A stretch of DNA of 64,000 bases from Candidatus Calditenuaceae archaeon (lineage in GTDB: Archaea; Thermoproteota; Nitrososphaeria_A; Caldarchaeales; Calditenuaceae). Made by a program: the position numbers and the translations under genes. The notes below the pieces were generated by a model. The model ran no database searches and was not told the DNA's origin. It worked only from the letters and a program-made list of their open reading frames with translations. Within the stretch, counting starts at the first letter, position 1. Every line of letters starts with the position of its first letter. Shown here in pieces: positions 1 to 9,254 of this stretch. Location: positions 1,281 to 65,280 of the forward strand of contig JANXEU010000018.1 of NCBI GenBank assembly GCA_025058055.1, written 5' to 3'.

Positions 1-1
1 C

Positions 2-118
2 GACGTAGCGCTCGTTGCTACCCAAGCCGGAGTCTCCGAGGATGAGGCCCGAAGGGCTCTGATCGAAGCCGGCGGCGACCTAGCGAAAGCAATACTCTCC
101 CTTAGGACCAAGAGGTAG
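2..118 (+). CDS. nac: 3' end of nascent polypeptide-associated complex protein (archaeal NAC), UBA domain; 5' part lies outside the window
   Basis: Frame 2 reads [38 protein letters not shown]. This matches the C-terminal UBA motif of archaeal NAC (QAGVS..EA..AL.EAGGDL..AI). It is absent from the ORF track because it has no start in the window. Confidence 0.6.
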   Translation, partial: DVALVATQAGVSEDEARRALIEAGGDLAKAILSLRTKR

Positions 119-120
119 AC

Positions 121-525
121 TCACACGCCAATGTAGTGAAGCTTCACGTGCTCTTTTAGCAGCTCCTCATAGAGCGTGGCATAGCCACAATGTGGACAGA
201 CGTGAAGTCTGGAGTTCTGGACGCCGACATCACCTATCGCTAGCTTCACCGATTGAGGATCGGTAACGAAGATTCGCAACACCTCACCTTCAATTTCAAC
301 ACGACAGTGGTCAGATACTCCCAGCTCCTGAAGTGCATTACGAACCATCTCGAAGAGGGCCGTCGGACTGGGCTTCGCCCAGGAGACTGAGAGGTCTAAG
401 GCCACCGACCCTTCCCTCGCTACGGCGATCGCGCCCAACTCAACTAGACGCTCGGTGAGCTTCCCCGCGAGAGGTACCTCAAGGCCCTTGAACCCCTCGA
501 TGGTCACGTAAACGACGTCCTTCAA
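121..525 (-). CDS. Hypothetical protein with C-terminal classical C2H2 zinc finger
   Basis: 134-aa ORF whose start overlaps the upstream NMNAT stop by 4 nt. The C-terminus CPHCGYATLYEELLKEHVKLH has C-x2-C-x12-H-x3-H spacing. Confidence 0.6.
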   Translation of the reverse strand: MKDVVYVTIEGFKGLEVPLAGKLTERLVELGAIAVAREGSVALDLSVSWAKPSPTALFEMVRNALQELGVSDHCRVEIEGEVLRIFVTDPQSVKLAIGDVGVQNSRLHVCPHCGYATLYEELLKEHVKLHYIGV

Positions 526-1112
526 GGGTACCCCTCTCTTAATGCGGAGGTCTTGAGTTGTGAGTGAATGACTCTTATCCGCTCAACCCCTCCTATTGAC
601 TTGATGTACTCAGCTACCTCCTGCTGGACAAACTGCTCCCACGGTCCACCCTGAAGGATCAACCTCCTGATCTCGGTTCCGTTTAACTTCTCTCTCTCGT
701 AGAGTCGCGGCTCCCTTACCTTAACACCAGCGTTCTCGGCCAGCAACTTCACGAAGGGGTTATTGGTGTAAAGCGTCTGGAAACTCGGAACTGTCGCGAC
801 GAGCCTGCTCATCCAGAGGTGATGTTCTCCGATGTCAGGAACCGGTATAGCGATTACCCTCGAGAGATCACGACCCGAGCTTTTAACGCCGATGCGAATC
901 ATCTCGACTCTCTCGCCCGCGGTGAAGGGGTTCTCAGGAGTGAAGCTGTACTGTGAGCTGCCTATCGCAACGACGACTTCGTCGTATTCCGACAACACCT
1001 GCTCGACCGCCTTCATGTGTCCTACGTGAAAGGGCTGGAACCTTCCTATCAGCAGTCCCCTCTTCGGGATTGCCAACCCGTGCTCCTCACACGGTCGGTC
1101 TTTAATTAACAA
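522..1112 (-). CDS. nadM: Nicotinamide-nucleotide adenylyltransferase (archaeal NMNAT)
   Basis: GRFQPFHVGH (H/T-x-G-H nucleotidyltransferase motif), size near 190 aa, overall archaeal NMNAT-like sequence. Confidence 0.85.
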   Translation of the reverse strand: MLIKDRPCEEHGLAIPKRGLLIGRFQPFHVGHMKAVEQVLSEYDEVVVAIGSSQYSFTPENPFTAGERVEMIRIGVKSSGRDLSRVIAIPVPDIGEHHLWMSRLVATVPSFQTLYTNNPFVKLLAENAGVKVREPRLYEREKLNGTEIRRLILQGGPWEQFVQQEVAEYIKSIGGVERIRVIHSQLKTSALREGYP

Positions 1113-1160
1113 GAGCTCGGACTCAAGGACCTGTAGCGCTCCTCACAAGACATTGACCAC

Positions 1161-1170
1161 AAAATTATTA
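1161..1170 (+). promoter_or_regulatory. TATA-like box upstream of the gcvH-like gene
   Basis: AAAATTATTA ends 29 nt before the ATG at 1199, in an otherwise GC-rich spacer. Confidence 0.45.
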
Positions 1171-1198
1171 ACGCCGTGAACTCGAGGGTTAGAGGCCC

Positions 1199-1618
1199 AT
1201 GTCGGTCTCCTATGAGGTCCCGGGTGGCCTGCATTACTCAAGGAATCACGAGTGGGTGAGGATGAGGGGGAGGCACGCGATAATGGGGGTTACCGATTAC
1301 GTGCAGAAGAAGCTCAGGGAGATCCTCTACGTTGAACTACCTAACACGAACACGAAGCTGACGAGGGGTCAGCATGTAGCCACGATCGAATCTGTCGGAG
1401 GAAGCCATGAGGTGAGGGCCCCCATAACAGGAAAGGTGGTAGAGGTGAACGCGAAGCTGATCGATAGCCCGGAGCTGATCAATGAGTTCCCGTATGAGGA
1501 CGGCTGGCTCTGCAGGATAGAGGTATCAGACCCTACCGAGCTCGAAGACCTCATGCAACCCGATGAGTACACCAGGTACTTGGAGGAGCTAGAGCTGGAG
1601 GCCGGCGAGACTGAGTGA
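1199..1618 (+). CDS. Glycine cleavage system H-like protein lacking the lipoyl-lysine
   Basis: Colinear with GcvH (HEW, GVTDYVQ, VELP, PYEDGW). The lipoylation hairpin reads IESVGGSHEV instead of ESVKA; the codon at 1397-1399 is GGA (Gly). Confidence 0.85.
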   Translation: MSVSYEVPGGLHYSRNHEWVRMRGRHAIMGVTDYVQKKLREILYVELPNTNTKLTRGQHVATIESVGGSHEVRAPITGKVVEVNAKLIDSPELINEFPYEDGWLCRIEVSDPTELEDLMQPDEYTRYLEELELEAGETE

Positions 1619-1632
1619 TCGAAAAAGTCAAA

Positions 1633-2622
1633 TCATGACGTGAGGCTCTCAACCAGCCTAAAGGGTGTCTTAATCAGGGGCAACAGAGTAGCTATTTTGA
1701 TGTCTCTCGCCAGATGGAAGAGCTCATCGACCACCTCTTGACTCAGGGGAACTTCGGTCGAGGTGGCATTGATCTCGGCCTGAGCTGCGTCCTTCACTCC
1801 GGCTATCGCAACCACATTCTCTCTCTCGATGAGAGCTCGCAAAGCGATCTGTGAGACCTCGCAACCGTACTTCTTGGCTAGCTCACGCATCCTCTCGATC
1901 AAAGGCTCCGTTCTCCTCAAGTTGGCCGTGTCAAAGAGCGGGTTGATTCCCCTGACTAAGTCCTTGGGCCTCCTGTGAACTGAGTACTTCCCTGTCAGTA
2001 AACCCTGAGCGAGTGGGCTGTAAGCTAAGACAGTGATTCTGTCGCCGAACGTAGAGAAGTTGCTCTCCGCAGCCTTTCTCTCTAACAAGTTGTACTTCAC
2101 CTGATTGGAGACTATCTCTTGGGACTTCAGGGACTCTTGGGCCCTCTTGAGTTGTGAAGGTGAGAAGTTGCTCACGCCTATGTACCTTACCTTCCCCTCC
2201 CTCACGAGCTTCTCCATCGCGCTCATCGTTGACGATATCGGGACGAGAGGGTTCGGCCAGTGGACTTGATATAAGTCAATGACGTCAACGTTCAGCCTCC
2301 TGAGACTCCTCTCACATGCCTTTAAGGTTCCGTTGTAGGTCGCATGAGTGGGCCAGACCTTCGTCGCAATCAGAACTGACTCCCTGATGTCTTTGATCGC
2401 CTTACCGACTACCTCCTCGGAACGACCACCTCCGTAGATCTCAGCGGTGTCTATCAGGTTGACGCCGATCTCTACGGATCTTCTGATGGCCTGAACCACC
2501 TGCTCCTCTCCGTAACCTCTTCCCCATCCCCACTCCCTAGCACCTATCTGCCACGTACCGACGGCGATCTTTGAGACCCTCTCAGAGGTTTTCCCGAGCG
2601 TCGTATACAACATCTCTCTCAC
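1633..2622 (-). CDS. Aldo/keto reductase family oxidoreductase
   Basis: 329 aa with typical AKR N-terminus (LGKTSERVSKIAVGTWQIG), IDTAEIYG and YQVHWP motifs. Confidence 0.85.
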   Translation of the reverse strand: MREMLYTTLGKTSERVSKIAVGTWQIGAREWGWGRGYGEEQVVQAIRRSVEIGVNLIDTAEIYGGGRSEEVVGKAIKDIRESVLIATKVWPTHATYNGTLKACERSLRRLNVDVIDLYQVHWPNPLVPISSTMSAMEKLVREGKVRYIGVSNFSPSQLKRAQESLKSQEIVSNQVKYNLLERKAAESNFSTFGDRITVLAYSPLAQGLLTGKYSVHRRPKDLVRGINPLFDTANLRRTEPLIERMRELAKKYGCEVSQIALRALIERENVVAIAGVKDAAQAEINATSTEVPLSQEVVDELFHLARDIKIATLLPLIKTPFRLVESLTS

Positions 2623-2984
2623 CGCTTTCTCCTAAAGAGCAGCCCGAGTATAGAAATTATCGAAATAGAGGTGGCAAAGACGGTGAGAAAGTATATCACT
2701 ACCGGTATCATCACCAAGGCCCAAACCTGTATCCCTACGACGTCCGAGATCAGCTCAGCGAGCAGAAGAGCCTTAGGTTCGGAGAGCCGTAGCAGCAGAA
2801 GTGCTAGATAGGGGGAGGTGCTTAACGCCGCGTAGGGCACCACTTTGATCCGTCTTCTGATGAGGAAGCCGCCGAGGACTCCCGTCATGAGGGGGCCGAG
2901 GGACCAGACGCTTTGATGAAAGATTAGCAACGAGGCCGCAGCGATAGGCACACCCACTAGGACCAGTAAGTTCTCTGATTTCAT
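2619..2984 (-). CDS. Small integral membrane protein (about 4 TM), unknown function
   Basis: Hydrophobic 121-aa ORF with 4-nt overlaps to both neighbours (acylase stop, AKR start). Confidence 0.5.
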   Translation of the reverse strand: MKSENLLVLVGVPIAAASLLIFHQSVWSLGPLMTGVLGGFLIRRRIKVVPYAALSTSPYLALLLLRLSEPKALLLAELISDVVGIQVWALVMIPVVIYFLTVFATSISIISILGLLFRRKR

Positions 2985-5530
2985 AGTCCTCCGCTCTTGA
3001 AGGTCAGAGTCATAAGCCTACCATCGACCTCGTTGGGAGAGTCGGGCAACTTCAACTCGTGATACTTGGAGCCGTACCACTCGTCGAAGGAGTCGGAGTA
3101 GTGCTCGGAGATCGGGCTCTCGCTCTGTCCTCCAGGATAGACTCCATAGGCGACAACTCTGCCCTCAACGAAGGTGACGATCATCCTCCAGCTAGGCCCA
3201 GTCGTCACGTAAACTTGACCCTCACCCGCCCTAAGGTCATAGGGGAAGCCGGCGTTCATTAGAGTTCCAGAAGACCCGTCGAAGGGCAGAGGACCGATCG
3301 AGAGCGCGTCTAGAGAGCTCAGATGACCGATCCTCAGCTTGTGAACCTTTCCCCAAGTCCACTCCGATGGGTCGCCTCCCAGTTTCGAGCTTAACCAAGT
3401 GACCGCCCTTGAGAAGGCAGACCTCGCCGTCATGAGGAGATCGCCTCCAAACCAAGTGCTCTGAGGATCGTTTTGGATCAACCAGACCAGAGTCGACTCG
3501 GGGGGCAGATACCTCTTAGTTATCCCCCTCTCTGCGAACCTCCTACCGAAGGCCTCGTCATAAAGCGCTGAGAACCAAGCCCACCACACGGTTGGTCCTG
3601 CTAAGTCCCTATTCATTTGATAGTCCCACCTCCTCAGCTCTTCGAGGGCCTTCCTTTCCAGTTCGCTCAATCCGTCGAACCTCATTGCTAATTCGAGGAG
3701 CGGGGGAACCGTCGAAGCCGCGAACCACAGGTAAACGTCGTTCTGATAGTTCGTGAGGTCCTCGATTGAGTGCAGCTTCTTCGACGAAAGTAGAGCGTGA
3801 ATCCTCTGAGCCCTCGCACCAGGATCGTACCAGCCCGCGAGGATGTAGTAGGGATAAAACTTGCCGGTGGTCTGCTGATTTGGGGCCGCGGCATATCCTG
3901 TCGTCGGGTTCACAACCTTTGGAACGAGCTCAAAGGGAACATAGCCCTCCCACTCGAAGTCCCCTGTCCCGTTCAACACAGACCTTGAACCTATTACCTT
4001 GACCGACTCGCCTGATGGCAGATTGACCGTTCTGTATGGGAAGAGGCCTGGAACGATAATTCCATAATTTCCGTGTCTATCGATGACTGCCCAATTCTGA
4101 GACGGCACGTCCCAGTACTCTAGGGCCTCATAAGCTTCTGTTAGCGATTTGGCTCGGATCACACGATAAGCAGCTACGGCCTCCCTCGTGACGCCTGTGC
4201 CGTCGTTCTCGAACCCTGAGATCGCGGTCCATCTCAGCGATACGTGCACACCTCGATGGTGGAAGATAGGCCCGTGGACAGTCAGGTTCACCGTTAACCT
4301 GTAATCTCTATCTGCTCCGACCTCAATTACCTCCTCAAGGCGCAACATGTCCCTCCACTCCCCTCTGAAGTAGAACCTGGAACCCTGCACCTTCTCCAGG
4401 TAGAAGTCTGTAACACCTATCTGTGAGTTGGTGAGGCCCCATGCCACGTGTTCATTGAAGCCGATAATCACAAACGGTATTCCCGCTAGGGTCACTCCTC
4501 TGACGTTCAGCTCTTCAGCTACAAGGTGTACCTCGTACCAAAGAGAGGGGAGGGTGAGTGGAAGATGTGGGTCGTCTGCGAGCATCGGTCCACCGGTTGC
4601 CGAGAGCTCAGGAGATATTACCCAGTTGTTACTGCCGAGATATGACTGCGAGAGCTCCACGAACTCCGAGAGCCAGTCAACTAACTCGAAGATCTTCCTC
4701 GAGAGCTCTTCATCGGTCAGGTCGAGACCGCTGGCCCATTTTCCGAACCAGTCGAGCGTCCCCAGCTCATCGGGGTTCACGCTTAAAGAGAGCCCACCGA
4801 CCGATCCATCTCCAGGGACGACTGTCGCGTTCTCTGAGTAGTAATGCCTTACCGGATACAACTTCATGACTTCTAATGACCCTATCCTACCGGCAAGGGC
4901 CGTTAGAACGAGGGGGTACCAGAAGCCGGTGAGCGTCCAACCCATATACTTCGCCCAAACGAGTGAGTCCTCGGGTCTCCACGGCTCAGGCTCGTAACCG
5001 AGCAGTTTGAACATCAATGGGACCCTTCCTGAAACCCTCATTTCCTCAATCGCTGAGTTGACACCCTGTGCGTACGCCGTCAGAAAGGAATAGACTTCGG
5101 GATGGTTCTCGCTCAACCATTCCGCGGTCGACCTCGCGGACCTGTGAAGGCCGATCACACGCATCACTACATCGCTTTTGAGCGCACTCTCTCCCACAAC
5201 TTCTGCTAGTCGTCCCGACGCGAGCCTCCTCTGCACGTCCATCTGCCAGAGCCTGTCCCTCGCGTGGAGGTATCCTAAAGTCATGATCGCGTCCAGCTCA
5301 TCAGACGCGAAGATATGGGGAACGTTTCTCACGTCGTAAACTACTTTCACTTCTGATCTCAGTCCAGACAGCATGAGAGTAGCATCGCCTGACTTCACTC
5401 TTTCCGTTTCAGTCCAGATTCCTTTCATTGGATGAAGCAACCCGAATGGCCCCGAGGCGAGCATCAACGCTATAACCAGCGCTCCCGAGAACGCTGAGAC
5501 GGCTAAGTCTATCCAAATACGGCGGTTCAT
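2981..5530 (-). CDS. Penicillin/cephalosporin/AHL acylase family (Ntn hydrolase, S45) with N-terminal membrane anchor
   Basis: 849 aa. GSNNWVIS (autoprocessing nucleophile Ser context), LADDPHL, N-terminal TM helix. Confidence 0.85.
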   Translation of the reverse strand: MNRRIWIDLAVSAFSGALVIALMLASGPFGLLHPMKGIWTETERVKSGDATLMLSGLRSEVKVVYDVRNVPHIFASDELDAIMTLGYLHARDRLWQMDVQRRLASGRLAEVVGESALKSDVVMRVIGLHRSARSTAEWLSENHPEVYSFLTAYAQGVNSAIEEMRVSGRVPLMFKLLGYEPEPWRPEDSLVWAKYMGWTLTGFWYPLVLTALAGRIGSLEVMKLYPVRHYYSENATVVPGDGSVGGLSLSVNPDELGTLDWFGKWASGLDLTDEELSRKIFELVDWLSEFVELSQSYLGSNNWVISPELSATGGPMLADDPHLPLTLPSLWYEVHLVAEELNVRGVTLAGIPFVIIGFNEHVAWGLTNSQIGVTDFYLEKVQGSRFYFRGEWRDMLRLEEVIEVGADRDYRLTVNLTVHGPIFHHRGVHVSLRWTAISGFENDGTGVTREAVAAYRVIRAKSLTEAYEALEYWDVPSQNWAVIDRHGNYGIIVPGLFPYRTVNLPSGESVKVIGSRSVLNGTGDFEWEGYVPFELVPKVVNPTTGYAAAPNQQTTGKFYPYYILAGWYDPGARAQRIHALLSSKKLHSIEDLTNYQNDVYLWFAASTVPPLLELAMRFDGLSELERKALEELRRWDYQMNRDLAGPTVWWAWFSALYDEAFGRRFAERGITKRYLPPESTLVWLIQNDPQSTWFGGDLLMTARSAFSRAVTWLSSKLGGDPSEWTWGKVHKLRIGHLSSLDALSIGPLPFDGSSGTLMNAGFPYDLRAGEGQVYVTTGPSWRMIVTFVEGRVVAYGVYPGGQSESPISEHYSDSFDEWYGSKYHELKLPDSPNEVDGRLMTLTFKSGGL

Positions 5531-5582
5531 CGTGCTGACATCCCTGACCTCAGAAATAAGAAAATCTCCCTTTGATCAGTAA

Positions 5583-6158
5583 CTAGTTGTTACCACTGGT
5601 TGGCTTGGTTGAGGGGAGAGATTCTGGCATCGAGAAGAACGCGATGACTTGTAGGATTTCTGCTATCAAAATGAGGATGAAGCCAACCAATATTATAGTG
5701 AGCAGGGCTCCATAGAAGTACAGTTTTCCAGCGGTACTGAACATCGAGACCCTGAGCTGTGCGTTGATGCTATCGTAACCGCGCCTAAGGTAACGAGCAG
5801 AGAAGATCATTATCAACCAAAAGGCTATTAGACCAACAACAAAGAATCCTAGCACATCAGTTAACAATCTCGTAGGATCCCCTGGAAATACTGCCCCAGT
5901 ACCCGTGAACGCAAAGAACACACCAACTCCGAGAATAACTCCGGCTATGATGGAGCCTACCACTGCGAGTATGACCGCCATTAAGACGTTGTTAAAGATA
6001 GTTCGATCGTTAACGGTTTTAGATATTTTGTCGACAGACACGAGAATCAGTATCCACCCCACGATGCTTAATATGAACCCGAAGTTCGGAACCACTCCAA
6101 GGAGAACGAGTATGGCACCAACTCCACCAAGCGTTTTGGCCTCGGATAACTCAGTCAC
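5583..6158 (-). CDS. Membrane protein, DUF996-like
   Basis: 191 aa, 4-5 TM helices. The N-terminus LGGVGAILVLLG...ILSIVGWILIL resembles archaeal DUF996 from memory. Lower GC by eye. Confidence 0.45.
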   Translation of the reverse strand: MTELSEAKTLGGVGAILVLLGVVPNFGFILSIVGWILILVSVDKISKTVNDRTIFNNVLMAVILAVVGSIIAGVILGVGVFFAFTGTGAVFPGDPTRLLTDVLGFFVVGLIAFWLIMIFSARYLRRGYDSINAQLRVSMFSTAGKLYFYGALLTIILVGFILILIAEILQVIAFFSMPESLPSTKPTSGNN

Positions 6159-6222
6159 GGTGAATCTTTTAGCAACTCAATAATAAATTTTCGTTCAAAA
6201 ACTGAATCAGATCAGGGAGCGA

Positions 6223-6561
6223 TTAGGAACGAGCGGTGCCCAGAAGCCTAGCAAGTTCCTGGGCCTCCAGAACGTTCCCTTGAACCCTCAGCTTCCCCGA
6301 AAAGAAGAGCTTGGACGGATCGGCTTTTCCTGAGAAGACATCGACGAGGTCTTGAGAAGACGCGATTATAGTCGCCGTGGGATTAGGAACCTCTCCACCA
6401 CTCACCTCTAGTGATTGCCTCTTGATCGCAAGGAAGAAGGGTTGGCCGTCGGGGGGCCTGAACTGGAAGCTCTTTTCAGACTTAGTCAGGTTTGCTAAGA
6501 GGTTCGGATCGGAGGAAACTCTTTCGACTAATTGACGGAGGACGTCTATCGGGGTACTCAC
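6223..6561 (-). CDS. SCP2 sterol-carrier-like domain protein
   Basis: 112 aa with a C-terminal FFSGKLRVQGNVLEAQELARLL pattern typical of SCP-2 domains. Confidence 0.55.
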   Translation of the reverse strand: MSTPIDVLRQLVERVSSDPNLLANLTKSEKSFQFRPPDGQPFFLAIKRQSLEVSGGEVPNPTATIIASSQDLVDVFSGKADPSKLFFSGKLRVQGNVLEAQELARLLGTARS

Positions 6562-6711
6562 GTGATTACATTTGCCCGGTGTCTATTAAACTATATTTGC
6601 AGAGAATCGACACACCCCGACAACGGCGTGCAGAGATCACTATCAGTAGGCTCAAGCTCATGTAAGGGAGTTCGTTCATAAATGGTCTCTTGATGAACCT
6701 ATTTTGTCAAA

Positions 6712-7782
6712 TCATCTAGAGAATCCAATTCCGTCGCAGGTGATCCTTGCGCCGCGTCCGTCTAGTGATTCGACTCTGAAGCCAGCACCGACGACCTTTT
6801 CTGCGATCATTATGGCAGTCCTCGTGTGACTAGTGAGCTCTGAGACTCTGTATATGGACCGACCGTCGGCCAAGGAAACCCAGATCACCAATTGGTCACC
6901 TAGGTGACTGTCCACTGGTGCACCTGTTCTCAACTGTCTCACACACTCTTCAACGGCCTTATCAGCTACTCGCTCCGCGGGTACACCCTTCTCACCCATT
7001 GAGTCGAACCCCATCGCGAGTCCGTTTTCTAAGTTCAGAACGATTATCAAACCAGTTCCAGGATCGGACGAGCATTTAGGATCGTGCTTCTGCAACGCCT
7101 CAGTCACAATCGACACGTCCGTCGCAATCGTCCTCTTTAACGATTCCGCGGCCCTTCTGGACATCCTCTCAACAATGTGCTCGGGCAAGTTGCAGCTATA
7201 AGCGAACACTCTCACCTCTACAACGCGACTCTCCTCGACTTCTATTGGTCTCAACTTGTTCACGGGCTCTACTCTTGCTCTAACCAGACCCCCGCCTCGT
7301 GGGTAGAAGCCCCTCCTCACTAGCTCGATCTCGGCTCTGACGCCCATCCTCCTCAGAGAGGGCATCAATACCCAGTTCAGGTACTCAACAGGCGGGGCCA
7401 TCGGGTTGTTCGTACCACCTCGTAGTTCCAGTTCTACAGGGCCCGTTGCGAAAGAAGCAACAGGGAGCAGAGACTGAAGCATCAGCGTCGTGCTCCCCGC
7501 GGTCCCCGCATCGATTACGAACTTCCCAGATTTCGGCTTAGAAGGGTGGTACTCGATCTCAGTCGAGCCTATTCTCAGCCCCTCGACTCTGCCTCGAGTG
7601 AGCTCCACGACCCCACGAACGGCCACCATGTGTTGCGGCCTCAACCCCGGCGGGCTCCTTTTCGCCCTAACGTTCACCACGCGAACAGGTCTGGAGAGTA
7701 ACGCAGCTGCTGACACTGCCATTCTGAGGATCTGGCCTCCACCCTCACCTACCGAACCGTCGATCAATAGAGGCTCTTCCAA
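6712..7782 (-). CDS. rtcA: RNA 3'-terminal phosphate cyclase
   Basis: GSVGEGGGQILR...RAKRSPPGLRPQH N-terminal signature, 356 aa. Confidence 0.9.
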   Translation of the reverse strand: MEEPLLIDGSVGEGGGQILRMAVSAAALLSRPVRVVNVRAKRSPPGLRPQHMVAVRGVVELTRGRVEGLRIGSTEIEYHPSKPKSGKFVIDAGTAGSTTLMLQSLLPVASFATGPVELELRGGTNNPMAPPVEYLNWVLMPSLRRMGVRAEIELVRRGFYPRGGGLVRARVEPVNKLRPIEVEESRVVEVRVFAYSCNLPEHIVERMSRRAAESLKRTIATDVSIVTEALQKHDPKCSSDPGTGLIIVLNLENGLAMGFDSMGEKGVPAERVADKAVEECVRQLRTGAPVDSHLGDQLVIWVSLADGRSIYRVSELTSHTRTAIMIAEKVVGAGFRVESLDGRGARITCDGIGFSR

Positions 7783-7786
7783 GACC

Positions 7787-8989
7787 TCACCTCCTTGCAG
7801 CGCTTACGATCGACACCACGTCACCCGACTTCAGCCTGTAGTCTGAGGAGAGCCTCATCTTCGTCCTAGCGTCGACAGCGTAAAGGAACGATTCGCCTAG
7901 GTCCGAATGAATCTTGTATGCGAGGTCCCTTGGAGTTGACCCTTCTTTGACGAGGTAAACGTCTGGAAGGACACGACCCTTTGAGTCGGTGAGCGTGTTT
8001 GGGTCCTCGACCGGAAAGACGGGTACGTACTTGAGGACCTCGAGGTAGACCTTGTCGATCAGCCTCTGAACCCCTGTACCTCCGTTCCGAGCCATGAAAT
8101 CCGCAACCCTCTCGAGGGCCCTACGCTGGTCGGTGGTCAGCTTCGCGGTCTCTAGCACCTCGAAGGACTCGTCACCGGGAGAGTACTTCAAAACACCTTT
8201 CTTAGACGCTAAACGAAGCAGTTTCTCAGCCTCAGCGCTGCACGGAACTACATCGTAACCTGCATCGACCAGCCCGCGAATGCCTTCTCGCGACGTGGGG
8301 ACGTCTGCCTTGTTGGCAGCTATTATCATAGGCTTCGTCGACCTCCTCAGGGTCCTCACGTAGAGAAGAACGTCTTGCTGAGTCCACTTCGAGGGCGTAG
8401 AGCCGTCAAGTTCCGCTGACTCAAGAGCTGCCTCGGCGGACTGCTCGTTGATCCTGAGGCCCGACATCTTCCTGGCGACTTCTGCTTGAAAGGTAGACTG
8501 CTTAGTCTCAACGAGTCTCACTAGCCTGTTCCAGTCTTTCTGGAGGAGATCTGCCATCCAGAGGTCCATCTCGTCCTCGACCATCCTTACGTCTTCGACT
8601 GGGTCATGGCTGCCAGGCTGGACAGGGTTACCGTCATCGTCGGTGCCTCCTGAAGCATCAACCACAACGATGAGTGCGTCTGCCTGTCTGATCTCGTCGA
8701 GGAACTGGAGACCCATGCCTCGTCCTGCATGGGCGCCCCTAACTATTCCAGGACAGTCGATTATCGAGATCGGAACGAACCTCATGCCGTCGACACAGAG
8801 TGAGTTGCCGGGGCTGTCCTTAACACCGAGCTCCCTGCAGACGCACGTTACTCTCAGGTATGTCACACCTCTGTTGGGCTTCGTTGTGGTGAAGGGGAAG
8901 TTGGCGGCAGGGACCTCGATCATGGTAAGCGCGGTGAACAGCGTGCTCTTGCCGACGTTCGCCTTTCCCACTATACCGGCTAGCTCCAC
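7787..8989 (-). CDS. OBG-family GTPase (Ygr210/YchF-like) with C-terminal TGS domain
   Basis: G1 GKANVGKST, G3 DCPG, G4 NKAD; C-terminal TGS-like segment ending SGDVVSIVSA. Confidence 0.8.
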   Translation of the reverse strand: MELAGIVGKANVGKSTLFTALTMIEVPAANFPFTTTKPNRGVTYLRVTCVCRELGVKDSPGNSLCVDGMRFVPISIIDCPGIVRGAHAGRGMGLQFLDEIRQADALIVVVDASGGTDDDGNPVQPGSHDPVEDVRMVEDEMDLWMADLLQKDWNRLVRLVETKQSTFQAEVARKMSGLRINEQSAEAALESAELDGSTPSKWTQQDVLLYVRTLRRSTKPMIIAANKADVPTSREGIRGLVDAGYDVVPCSAEAEKLLRLASKKGVLKYSPGDESFEVLETAKLTTDQRRALERVADFMARNGGTGVQRLIDKVYLEVLKYVPVFPVEDPNTLTDSKGRVLPDVYLVKEGSTPRDLAYKIHSDLGESFLYAVDARTKMRLSSDYRLKSGDVVSIVSAARR

Positions 8990-9045
8990 CCCAATTCACC
9001 GTTTACCTACCTCTATTAGGGGATCCCTCTAACTGGCACCGTAGG

Positions 9046-9252
9046 ATGACAACTCGGTTGAGCCCCAAGGCTTTGATGGTCTCGATAGTGATAGTAATAA
9101 CCGTGCTCTCGCTGCTCGGAACGTACCTACACGGCCTGATAGCTGGCGTCAGGGTTGCGCTCAGGTTCATACTGCCACTGATAGCAGTCGCGATCGCGCT
9201 GATGGTGATATTGACTTTGTTCTCAAGGGCCGATTCGGGAAGAGAGAGCTGA
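9046..9252 (+). CDS. Small 2-TM membrane protein, hypothetical
   Basis: 68-aa hydrophobic ORF filling the gap between two minus-strand genes. No homology recognised. Confidence 0.35.
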   Translation: MTTRLSPKALMVSIVIVITVLSLLGTYLHGLIAGVRVALRFILPLIAVAIALMVILTLFSRADSGRES

Positions 9253-9254
9253 GG

